In this document: piece by piece, positions 18,068-25,887 of the stretch
How positions within the stretch are numbered: position 1 is the stretch's first letter
Layout: every line of letters begins with the position of its first letter
Assembly: GCA_041581135.1 (NCBI GenBank)
Contig: JBFGCM010000006.1
Span: forward strand, 4,482 to 68,481
DNA from: Acidimicrobiia bacterium
GTDB taxonomy: Bacteria > Actinomycetota > Acidimicrobiia > Spongiisociales > UBA5794
DNA length: 64,000 nt
Reading direction: 5' to 3'
The notes under the pieces: generated by a model
What the model was told of the DNA's origin: nothing
What the model saw: only the letters and a program-made list of their open reading frames with translations
The model's database searches: none
Position numbers and translations under genes: made by a program

Positions 18068-19203
18068 GCGGAGGCCCGCTCGACGGGTTGCGCGTCGTCG
18101 AAGTCGCCTCCCAGGGTCCGGGCCCCTTCTGCGCAATGTTGCTCGCCGACATGGGTGCCGAGGTGCTCCGGCTCGACCGGCTGGGTGCGCCTACCCATTC
18201 GAGCGAACCGTTGCTGCGGGGTCGGCCGGTCATCGGCATCGATCTCAAACAGCCGGCGGGGGCGCAGTTTGCAATGGAGGTGATCGAACGCGCCGACGTG
18301 CTCATCGAGGGTTTTCGTCCCGGGGTCATGGAACGGCTCGGGCTCGGCCCCGAGGCGTGTCTGGATCGGAACGCGTCGCTGATCTACGCCCGTGTGACGG
18401 GCTGGGGCCAAGACGGACCGATGGCACCCATGGCGGGTCACGATATCGACTACCTCGCCCTTGCCGGCGCGTTGTGGGCCGTCGGCGAAGCCGGGCGCCC
18501 GCCGCCACCGCCGCTCAACCTCGTCGCCGACTTCGGGGGAGGTGGCATGCTCCTCGCGTTCGGGATCACTGCAGCGCTCGTGGAGCGGGGCCGCAGCGGC
18601 AAGGGTCAGGTCATCGATGCGGCCATGGTGGATGGTGTCGCGCTGCTGACTGCGATGCTGCACGGCCATCGGGCGGCCGGGATCTGGGCGGACGCCCGTG
18701 AGGCGAACCTGCTCGACGGCGGGGCCCCCTTCTACCGCACGTATGAGACCGCCGACGGCGGGTACATGGCGGTCGGTGCGATCGAATCGAAGTTCTATGC
18801 CGAGTTCATCGGGCGTCTGGGCATCGAAGTCGATCCCGCAGAGCAGTACGATCGAGCGTCGTGGCCCGCCACGACTCGGCGCATCGCCGCACGGTTCCGC
18901 GAGCAGCCGCGGGCCGCATGGACCGAGCTGTACGCCGGAACGGATGCCTGCGTGGTGCCCGTGCTGGCACCGGGAGAAGCACCCGCCGATCCCCACCTCG
19001 GAAGCCGCGGCACGTTCATCACCGTCGACGGTGTGACCCAGCCGGCGCCGGCGCCGCGGTTCTCCCGGGCGGGTGGATCGGTGCAGCGGCGCGCCGCCCC
19101 GATCTCGGTGCTCGATCTCTGGGGCGCTGCAGAACAGGCGCAGGTCGCGGTGAGCGCTGGCGTGGTCGATCTCGGCGAGGTGACGGGGGAGCACCAGGCC
19201 TGA
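18064..19203 (+). CDS. CaiB/BaiF family III CoA-transferase (alpha-methylacyl-CoA racemase-like)
   Basis: LDGLRVVEVASQGPGPFCAMLLADMGAEVLRLDR and GHDIDYLALAGAL motifs. The GTG start overlaps the sbcC stop (GTGA). Confidence 0.8.
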   Translation: MSGGPLDGLRVVEVASQGPGPFCAMLLADMGAEVLRLDRLGAPTHSSEPLLRGRPVIGIDLKQPAGAQFAMEVIERADVLIEGFRPGVMERLGLGPEACLDRNASLIYARVTGWGQDGPMAPMAGHDIDYLALAGALWAVGEAGRPPPPPLNLVADFGGGGMLLAFGITAALVERGRSGKGQVIDAAMVDGVALLTAMLHGHRAAGIWADAREANLLDGGAPFYRTYETADGGYMAVGAIESKFYAEFIGRLGIEVDPAEQYDRASWPATTRRIAARFREQPRAAWTELYAGTDACVVPVLAPGEAPADPHLGSRGTFITVDGVTQPAPAPRFSRAGGSVQRRAAPISVLDLWGAAEQAQVAVSAGVVDLGEVTGEHQA

Positions 19204-19241
19204 CCCGGAGGTGTGCACCGGAGCTGCTTTTCCGCGCGACA

Positions 19242-19268
19242 AGGGGGCGGCCTTCCTAACCGCCCCCT
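19242..19268 (+). terminator. Stem-loop downstream of the CoA-transferase gene (candidate U-less terminator)
   Basis: AGGGGGCGG (19242-19250) and CCGCCCCCT (19260-19268) are perfect complements with a 9-nt loop, 39 nt after the stop. No U-tract. Confidence 0.35.
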
Positions 19269-19287
19269 CGTCGTCCAGGCAGCAATC

Positions 19288-19312
19288 GGGGACACCTTGC
19301 GGTGTCATCCCC
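19288..19312. other. GC-rich stem-loop
   Basis: GGGGACACC-TTGC-GGTGTC(at)CCCC. Confidence 0.3.
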
Positions 19313-19339
19313 CCATGTTGACTGCTCCCATTGCGGAGG

Positions 19340-19367
19340 CGACGAGGTCGCGCTCGCGACCTCGTCG
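19340..19367. other. 13-bp perfect inverted repeat
   Basis: CGACGAGGTCGCG (19340-19352), CT, CGCGACCTCGTCG (19355-19367). Confidence 0.4.
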
Positions 19368-19435
19368 TTGAGGCAGACAGACGACTTGCACTATCCAGCT
19401 CACATGCATTGTGCGTGGCCGCTCGGCAGCTGTCG

Positions 19436-19453
19436 TGAGTAGGTACCTACTCA
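19436..19453. promoter_or_regulatory. 18-bp perfect palindrome, candidate operator upstream of the LAL regulator gene
   Basis: TGAGTAGGT|ACCTACTCA lies in a locally AT-richer stretch, 66 bp upstream of ATG 19519. Confidence 0.4.
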
Positions 19454-19518
19454 TTCTGGGGCACGGACCTCAAACGTAGCTGGCAGAGCTTGCCTACCAT
19501 CATCGGCAGACCGCTCGG

Positions 19519-22167
19519 ATGGGTGGGAACCTGGTGCTGCGGAGCGACGAGACAACGAGCCACATCTCATGGGAGTGGCCTCTCATTGGACGCGCTGAGG
19601 AGTTGCGTCGGCTACACAGCGCGGTCGTCGGGCCCGGGTCCAGAGGCGTGGTCATCGTCGGGCCGGCCGGCGTCGGCAAGACTCGGATCGCTCGGGAGCT
19701 GGTCGACACCCTGGATCCTGGCTCGTTCCGGGTCGAAGGCATCGTGGGCACCGCATCGAGTGCGTCCATTCCGTTCGGGGCACTGGTGCCGCTGCTCCCT
19801 GCGGGAGGGGTCGACGGAGTGGGCCCGTTGCAGCTGCTCCAAGCCGCTCACGAGGCGCTCTCCCAGATCGGGGGCTCCAGGCGGCTCGTGCTGTTCGTCG
19901 ACGACGCCCACCTGCTAGACGACGGGTCGGCGACACTGCTGCACCAACTGGCGCAGTCGGAGTCGGCGACACTGGTACTCACCGTGCGGACGGGGGATGC
20001 GCTCCCGGATCCGATCACCGCGCTCTGGAAGGACGGTGCGGCGGATCGCATCGAGCTCACCTCGCTCAGCGGGGACGATTTCGACTCGCTCATCGAGTCG
20101 GCGCTCGGTGCACCGCTCGATCGGATCTCCCGTGCCGCGTTGTGGCGGCTGTGCCAGGGCAATCCTCTGCTGTTGCGGGAGATGTTGATGGGGGCCGCAG
20201 AGAGCGGCGCGCTCGAGAGGCTCGACCGCCGGTGGACCATACGCGGACAGCTGACGGGCTCTGGGAGGCTCAACGAGGTGGTCGAGAACCGGCTGCGCCG
20301 CCTCACCGCCGATCAGCGTGAGGCCCTCGAGGTGCTGGCCGTGGGTCAGCCGCTCGGGCACGACGTACTCGCCGGATTGGTGCCCGGATGCACCATCGAG
20401 GCCCTGGAGGCTGCCGATCTGGTCGTGTCAGAGCCGAGCGATCGCCGAACCACCCTCCGCATCGGACACCCTCTCTATGCCGAGACCCTCCGCAGCGTGA
20501 TCCCCAAGGCGAAGACGCGCCGCATTCAGCGGGACCTGGCGCGCCAGGTGGAGGCCGCCGGGGCCCGGCGCCGGGACGATCTGCTCCGCATCGCCCGCTG
20601 GCGCCTCGATGCGGGTTCCGCGCTGCCGCCTGACATCGGCGTTCGGGCGGCGCGCCGGGCGCTGGAGTCGCTGGACCACGAGCTTGCCGAGCGGCTGGCG
20701 AGGGAATCCGACACCGCCGAGGGATGCTACGAGGCCTGTCTGGTGCGAGGGGAGGCGTTGTTCCATCTGGGTCGTGGAGAGGAAGCCGAGGTCGCACTCG
20801 CCGAGGCGTACGCGCTGGCGACCGATGAAGAGGAGCGGGCTCGCGCTGCCGTACCCAGGGCCTTCAACCTGTTCTTGGCGCTCCAGCGTTGGCCCGAGGC
20901 GATCGAGTTCGGTCAGCAACTCTGTGAGCAGGCAGAGACGCCGGGATGGCGCAACGAGGCGAAGGCCGCATTGGCGGCGTTCTACCGCGTCAGCGGGCGG
21001 AGCGCCGAGGCCCTGACGATGGCCAACGAGGTGCTCGCGGCCGAGGCCAGTTGGGATCGGACGAGGGCACGAGCGCTCATGGTGGCGCAGGCATGTGAGA
21101 CGGCCCTCGGGCACTATCGAGCCGCGACCGAGTACGCCTCTCAGGCGGTGGAGTACGCCGGTCGGTTCCCGTCGCTCCGTCTCGACGAACTGGTGCTCGC
21201 TGCGGTGTACGCCTCCGGTATGGCGTTCGGTGGTGATCTGGTGAGTGGCGAGTCCCTGGCCCGGGAGGGCTACGAGCTGGCCGTCACCCGCCGCGCCCAC
21301 GAGGACATCGCCTACTGGGGTTTCGTGCTGGGTGAGATTCTCATCCTCCGCGGCTTGGTGGCCGACGCCTGTGCGGTGCTCGAGGAGACCGCGGCGGTGG
21401 TCCGCATCGCGGATCCGCTCGGACTCTCGGTGCCGGTGTTGAGCGAGGCCGCCCAGGCGGCCGTGCTGAGCGGTGAGTCCGACATGGCTGACGTGGTGCT
21501 CGAGGAGGCCCGGGCGCGCCGTGGTCCGGACGCGGCCGGCCGGGCCAGAGCGATGCGGCTGGCTTTGGCTGGGGATTGTCGGGCCGCCGCGTTGATCGCT
21601 GCGGAGACCGGGAGGCGGGTCGTGGCGCGTTCCGACGTCACGTGGGGGGTGTTCGCCCTCCACGATGCGGTCCGATTTGGGCATCCGGAGCTCGTCATCG
21701 ACGACCTCCGTTCCGCCACGGCAGGGGTCGATGGACCGCTGTTGCCTGCGCTGCTCGCACACGCAGAAGCGCTGCTGGTCGGCGATAGCATGCGTCTCGT
21801 CGACGTGTCGAACACGTTTGAAGCGACGGGAGCCAACCTCTACGCAGCAGAAGCGGCAGCGCATGCGGGCTCGCTGACCGACGACGCCCGGCTACAGAAG
21901 CAGCTGTGGACACGCGCCGAGCGGCTCTACGACCTGTGCGTGGGCTGTCTGCGCACGCCGCCGTTGGCACCGCTGGGAGCGCCCGGGGTGACGCCTCGTG
22001 AGCTGGAGGTCGCCCAGCTGGCCGCTGCGGGCCACACGAGCCGGGAGATCGCTGATCGCCTCTTCATCTCGGTGCGTACCGTCGACAATCATCTCGCCTC
22101 GGTGTACACCAAGCTCGGAGTGTCTGGTCGGCAGGAGCTGCGCTCGGTCTTCGGCCCCGTGGGGTGA
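19519..22167 (+). CDS. Large ATP-binding LuxR-family (LAL/MalT-like) transcriptional regulator
   Basis: N-terminal P-loop VVIVGPAGVGKTRIAREL, long helical/TPR-like middle, C-terminal LuxR HTH TPRELEVAQLAAAGHTSREIADRLFISVRTVDNHLASVYTKLGV. Confidence 0.85.
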   Translation: MGGNLVLRSDETTSHISWEWPLIGRAEELRRLHSAVVGPGSRGVVIVGPAGVGKTRIARELVDTLDPGSFRVEGIVGTASSASIPFGALVPLLPAGGVDGVGPLQLLQAAHEALSQIGGSRRLVLFVDDAHLLDDGSATLLHQLAQSESATLVLTVRTGDALPDPITALWKDGAADRIELTSLSGDDFDSLIESALGAPLDRISRAALWRLCQGNPLLLREMLMGAAESGALERLDRRWTIRGQLTGSGRLNEVVENRLRRLTADQREALEVLAVGQPLGHDVLAGLVPGCTIEALEAADLVVSEPSDRRTTLRIGHPLYAETLRSVIPKAKTRRIQRDLARQVEAAGARRRDDLLRIARWRLDAGSALPPDIGVRAARRALESLDHELAERLARESDTAEGCYEACLVRGEALFHLGRGEEAEVALAEAYALATDEEERARAAVPRAFNLFLALQRWPEAIEFGQQLCEQAETPGWRNEAKAALAAFYRVSGRSAEALTMANEVLAAEASWDRTRARALMVAQACETALGHYRAATEYASQAVEYAGRFPSLRLDELVLAAVYASGMAFGGDLVSGESLAREGYELAVTRRAHEDIAYWGFVLGEILILRGLVADACAVLEETAAVVRIADPLGLSVPVLSEAAQAAVLSGESDMADVVLEEARARRGPDAAGRARAMRLALAGDCRAAALIAAETGRRVVARSDVTWGVFALHDAVRFGHPELVIDDLRSATAGVDGPLLPALLAHAEALLVGDSMRLVDVSNTFEATGANLYAAEAAAHAGSLTDDARLQKQLWTRAERLYDLCVGCLRTPPLAPLGAPGVTPRELEVAQLAAAGHTSREIADRLFISVRTVDNHLASVYTKLGVSGRQELRSVFGPVG

Positions 22168-22243
22168 GCAGCCTCCCTGTGGGTAATATCCGGCCCACTG
22201 CGGGTGCTCCTGCCGAGGGGGCCGGTCGACATCGAGGAGTCCG

Positions 22244-23692
22244 ATGAGAGCAATCGTCGTTGGTGCCGGCGGTACCACGCGGGAACTCTTGCGCCGTTTG
22301 GGTGAGCGGTGGGACGTCGTCGTCATCGACGAGGACGAGGCAACGCTCGACCTGGCGGCAGGAATCCGGGCTTTCGAGCCCGTGGTCGGGGACGGTTCCA
22401 GCCACTTGGTGCTCAAGAGGGCGGGGCTGGAAGATGCCGACGCGTTGGTGGCGGCCAGCCACGACGACGACGTCAATCTCGAGGCGATCCGGTTGGCGCA
22501 AGAGACCGGCCTGCTGCGCATCGTGGGGGTCGCCGCACACCCGGAGCGAGCCGCCGAGTACCGCGCCCTCGACGTACCCGTGTTCTCACCGAACAGCTTG
22601 GCGTCTCGCAACGTGGAGGTGATCCTGGAACCGCGTCGGGTGGCGTCGACCGCCTTTGCCGAAGGCAAAGCGGAGGCGATCGAGTTCCACGTCTCGCCTG
22701 ATTCACCGGTTCGGGGCAAGGCCCTGCGTGACCTGCACTCCGAGAGCTGGGTGGTGGCGGCGGTGCTCCGGAACCATCGGCTCATCATTCCGCATGGTCA
22801 CACGCGACTGGAGACCGGTGACCGGGTGACGATCGTCGGATCGGCCGCCGACTTCTCCACCATCGTGTCGACGTTCACCTCCGGTGAGAGCCGGTTCCCA
22901 CTCAACTTCGGCCGTCGCGTGGCCGTCGCGCTGGAATCGGCTGACGATCTCGACGGAACGGTGGCGGAGGCGCTGAGCCTCGTGCGCAACAGCCAGGGGG
23001 AGAGCCTCTTGCTCGTGCACCGGGATCCGGGGTCCGTTCGTGACCCGGACTTGTCGGCGGAAGTCGTCGCACTGCTAGAAGAGGTCGAAGCCCGCGCCGA
23101 AGGCGTGGAAGTGGAGATGCGGCCGGCCACAACGTCGCCGTCGGCGGCGATCGCGCAGCTGGCCAAAGAGGAGAGCGTAGGGGTCGTGACGCTCCCGGCT
23201 CCCCAGGGTGGTGACGTCATCGGAAGATTCCGCACCGCCAAGCTCATTCGCGATTATGGCCAGCTCGGCGTGCCGCTCCTCGTGTCCCGTGGCACACATC
23301 CGTACACCTCGCTGCTGGTCCCGGCGCGTCGGACGGCCTCGGGGGAGGCCGCGGCGAGGGCGGCGATCGACATCGCCTATGCCTCCGGGGGAACGGTCCA
23401 CGGGGCGGCCGTGGTACCGCCGGCGTTCGTCTCGGGATCCCAGGATGTTGACGACGCACGCCGGGCCGTCGCCTGGCTTCGCGAGGAGGCTGCCGTCCAG
23501 GGCGTGTCGGTGCGGCGGGCACTGAAACGCGGCAACCCGGTGCGGGTGATTGAAGATCTCGCCGCCTCCGTCTCTCTTCTGGTGATCGCCATGCCCGATC
23601 CGGATGCCAGCCTCGTGGTGCGTCCAGGCATCGGCGGCCACCTCGTGCGTCGGGCGCCGTGTTCGGTGCTGTTGGTGCCGGCTCGCTCATGA
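22244..23692 (+). CDS. TrkA-N (RCK) / TrkA-C / universal-stress-protein domain fusion
   Basis: MRAIVVGAGGTTRELLRRL...VVVIDED Rossmann RCK-N; TrkA-C-like EFHVSPDSPVRGKALRDL...GDRVTIVG; C-terminal half with Usp-like repeats ending APCSVLLVP. Confidence 0.65.
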   Translation: MRAIVVGAGGTTRELLRRLGERWDVVVIDEDEATLDLAAGIRAFEPVVGDGSSHLVLKRAGLEDADALVAASHDDDVNLEAIRLAQETGLLRIVGVAAHPERAAEYRALDVPVFSPNSLASRNVEVILEPRRVASTAFAEGKAEAIEFHVSPDSPVRGKALRDLHSESWVVAAVLRNHRLIIPHGHTRLETGDRVTIVGSAADFSTIVSTFTSGESRFPLNFGRRVAVALESADDLDGTVAEALSLVRNSQGESLLLVHRDPGSVRDPDLSAEVVALLEEVEARAEGVEVEMRPATTSPSAAIAQLAKEESVGVVTLPAPQGGDVIGRFRTAKLIRDYGQLGVPLLVSRGTHPYTSLLVPARRTASGEAAARAAIDIAYASGGTVHGAAVVPPAFVSGSQDVDDARRAVAWLREEAAVQGVSVRRALKRGNPVRVIEDLAASVSLLVIAMPDPDASLVVRPGIGGHLVRRAPCSVLLVPARS

Positions 23693-23731
23693 GTGCGAAC
23701 CACCCGTTGTCGTCTGCTGCGGTGCCGGTAG

Positions 23732-23899
23732 GTGCCTGCTGACGCTCGCGACGAGGACGCACCGGCGGAGCGTGACGTGGAACGTGCCGCCCTCCTGGAG
23801 CGATTGCGCGAGTCGGTTGCAGCAGGCGAGTACGAGGTCGAGTCGTTGGACGTGGCCGACTCGATACTGCGGTTCTTCGCCAGGGAGATACCCTCCTAG
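23732..23899 (+). CDS. Small FlgM-like (anti-sigma-28 family C-terminal motif) protein, 40-55 aa
   Basis: Not in the ORF track (under 60 aa). Hand translation gives VPADARDEDAPAERDVERAALLERLRESVAAGEYEVESLDVADSILRFFAREIPS*. The LxxxIxxGxYxVDxxxVAxxxL pattern resembles the FlgM C-terminus. An alternative GTG at 23777 is preceded by GGAG. Confidence 0.3.
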   Translation: MPADARDEDAPAERDVERAALLERLRESVAAGEYEVESLDVADSILRFFAREIPS

Positions 23900-23902
23900 C
23901 TC

Positions 23903-24787
23903 ATGAGACAAGGGTTCCACGTCGGGCGCGGCTTTCTCATGGGCGCAGCCGATCTCGTCCCGGGTGTGTCGGGCGGAACCGTGGCGCTCGTCCTCGGCAT
24001 CTACGAACGGCTGGTGCACAACCTCCGATCCGGAGCCGCTGTGTTGGGCTCGGTGCTGAAGCGAGACAGGGCCGGCATCGAGCGCAACTGGGCCGAGATC
24101 GAGTGGGGGTTCATCCTGCCGCTGTTGGGCGGGATCCTGCTGGCCGTGATCTCCCTGGCCGGAGTCATCGCCTTCGTCCGGGACGACTTCCCGAGAGAGA
24201 CAGCCGGCTTCTTCCTTGGCCTCATCGCCGGGTCGATCGTGGTCGCATGGGGCCTGCTGGGCACCCGTGATTCGTTTCGCATCGCGATGCTGGTAGTCAG
24301 TGCTGTGATCACCTTCGTGTTACTGGGCGTGCAGTCGGGCACGGTCACCGGCCCCACCCTGCCGATGTTCGTGGCCGCCGGCGCCCTGGCGATCTGCGCC
24401 ATGATCCTGCCAGGCGTGTCCGGATCGTTTCTGCTGCTCATGGTGGGGATGTACGACCCCGTCATCGAAGCGGTGCGAGATCGTGATCTTGCCATCGTCG
24501 GCGCTGTGGCCGTTGGCGCCATAGGAGGTCTCGCGCTGTTTGCGCCGTTCCTCGATCGGATGCTGCGCCGTCACCACGACACCGTGCTGGCGATCCTCGT
24601 CGGCCTCATGGTCGGATCGCTTCGGGTGCTCTGGCCGTGGCCGAACGGCACCGAGAGCACGACGTTGGCGTGGCCGGAGAGCGGTACCGGGCTGTGGCCG
24701 ACCGTCTGGATCGTTCTCGGCTTCGTCGCCGTCGTCGGTGTCGCCGCCGTCAGCCGCCGGTCGCCCGCCCCCGTGGCCTCCTCGTGA
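23903..24787 (+). CDS. DUF368 family membrane protein (family linked to polyprenyl-phosphate recycling, PopT-like)
   Basis: [24 protein letters not shown] and a second [15 protein letters not shown] repeat are typical of DUF368. Polytopic. Confidence 0.75.
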   Translation: MRQGFHVGRGFLMGAADLVPGVSGGTVALVLGIYERLVHNLRSGAAVLGSVLKRDRAGIERNWAEIEWGFILPLLGGILLAVISLAGVIAFVRDDFPRETAGFFLGLIAGSIVVAWGLLGTRDSFRIAMLVVSAVITFVLLGVQSGTVTGPTLPMFVAAGALAICAMILPGVSGSFLLLMVGMYDPVIEAVRDRDLAIVGAVAVGAIGGLALFAPFLDRMLRRHHDTVLAILVGLMVGSLRVLWPWPNGTESTTLAWPESGTGLWPTVWIVLGFVAVVGVAAVSRRSPAPVASS

Positions 24788-25239
24788 GAGCAGTCGCACA
24801 GCGGGTGGCGTCCGCGTCGGTCACCGTGGGAGGCGAGATGGTCGGCAGCATCGACCACGGTCTACTGGTCCTTCTGGGAGTAGCACGAGGAGACACCGAA
24901 GCGGATGCCGCAGCGCTCGCCGCCAAACTGGTTGGGCTCCGTGTCTTCGCCGACGATCAGGCGAAGATGAACCGCTCGGTCGCCGACGTGGGTGGCGCGG
25001 TGCTGGTGGTCAGCCAGTTCACGCTGCTGGCGTCCGTCGCCAAGGGTCGGCGTCCTTCGTTCACCGACGCGGCCGATCCCGACGAAGCCGAGCGGCTGGT
25101 GCGCGAGTTCATGAACGAGATCGCCGCCGCCGGCGTGGTTGTCGCCGGGGGTCGCTTCGGGGCGTACATGCAGGTCGATCTGCGGAACGACGGGCCGGTG
25201 ACGCTCGTGCTGGAAGCGGTCAACGGCCAGGTGCGCTAG
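24784..25239 (+). CDS. dtd: D-aminoacyl-tRNA deacylase
   Basis: In-frame GTG at 24784 (residue 50 of the track ORF) overlaps the DUF368 stop (GTGA). Sequence [15 protein letters not shown]...GLLVLLGV...SQFTLLA...GRRPSF...[17 protein letters not shown] matches Dtd. Confidence 0.85.
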   Translation: MRAVAQRVASASVTVGGEMVGSIDHGLLVLLGVARGDTEADAAALAAKLVGLRVFADDQAKMNRSVADVGGAVLVVSQFTLLASVAKGRRPSFTDAADPDEAERLVREFMNEIAAAGVVVAGGRFGAYMQVDLRNDGPVTLVLEAVNGQVR

Positions 25240-25880
25240 TCCTCGGTGGCGCCCGCCATGATGATGTCCTCGTACACCGAGGGGTGATCCTCGAGAATCA
25301 GGGGTATCCCGCGGCTCCATTCCACGGTGACGCCGGGGTTCGAGTGCATCGTGCCGTCGGGAAGCACGATGACGGGAGGATCGGTGATGTCGAGGCGTTC
25401 TGCCTCGGCCACATCCGCCATCACGGCATCACGGTGGGTATGTGCTTCGAGCGCAGCCATCAAGGCGGGTCCGTCCAGACCTTCGTTGTGGGCGACCTTG
25501 GCGATCTCGTCGATCTCAGAGATGTCATGGGAGTGCAGGAACACGGCGCGCCGAAGCGCCAGGTCGAACTGCTCGCCGGTCTCCTGGGAGAGTCCGTAGG
25601 CCCACTTCTGGGCCTCCCAGGCGACCACGGTGCTACGCGGCCACCGGCCGTCGAAGTGACTGAACATGGTGTGCTCGCGCTGAGCCAACGCCACGATCTC
25701 GGCTACCGCCTCTGGCTGGCTGCGTGCCTGCCCGCCTTCACTCAGCAGCTCGGTGGGAAGCGCCCGGAACTCCAAGTCGACCACGTCGGCACCGAGGTGG
25801 TTGCGCATGCGGTGAAGCCGGACGCACGCCACGTACGCCCAGGGGCAGGTCAGATCACTCCAGATGGTCACGCCCGGCAT
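25236..25880 (-). CDS. DsbA-family (FrnE/HCCA-isomerase-like) thioredoxin-fold protein
   Basis: N-terminal [12 protein letters not shown] at the position of the DsbA CPxC motif, here CPWA. Confidence 0.6.
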   Translation of the reverse strand: MPGVTIWSDLTCPWAYVACVRLHRMRNHLGADVVDLEFRALPTELLSEGGQARSQPEAVAEIVALAQREHTMFSHFDGRWPRSTVVAWEAQKWAYGLSQETGEQFDLALRRAVFLHSHDISEIDEIAKVAHNEGLDGPALMAALEAHTHRDAVMADVAEAERLDITDPPVIVLPDGTMHSNPGVTVEWSRGIPLILEDHPSVYEDIIMAGATED

Positions 25881-25887
25881 CGTGGCC

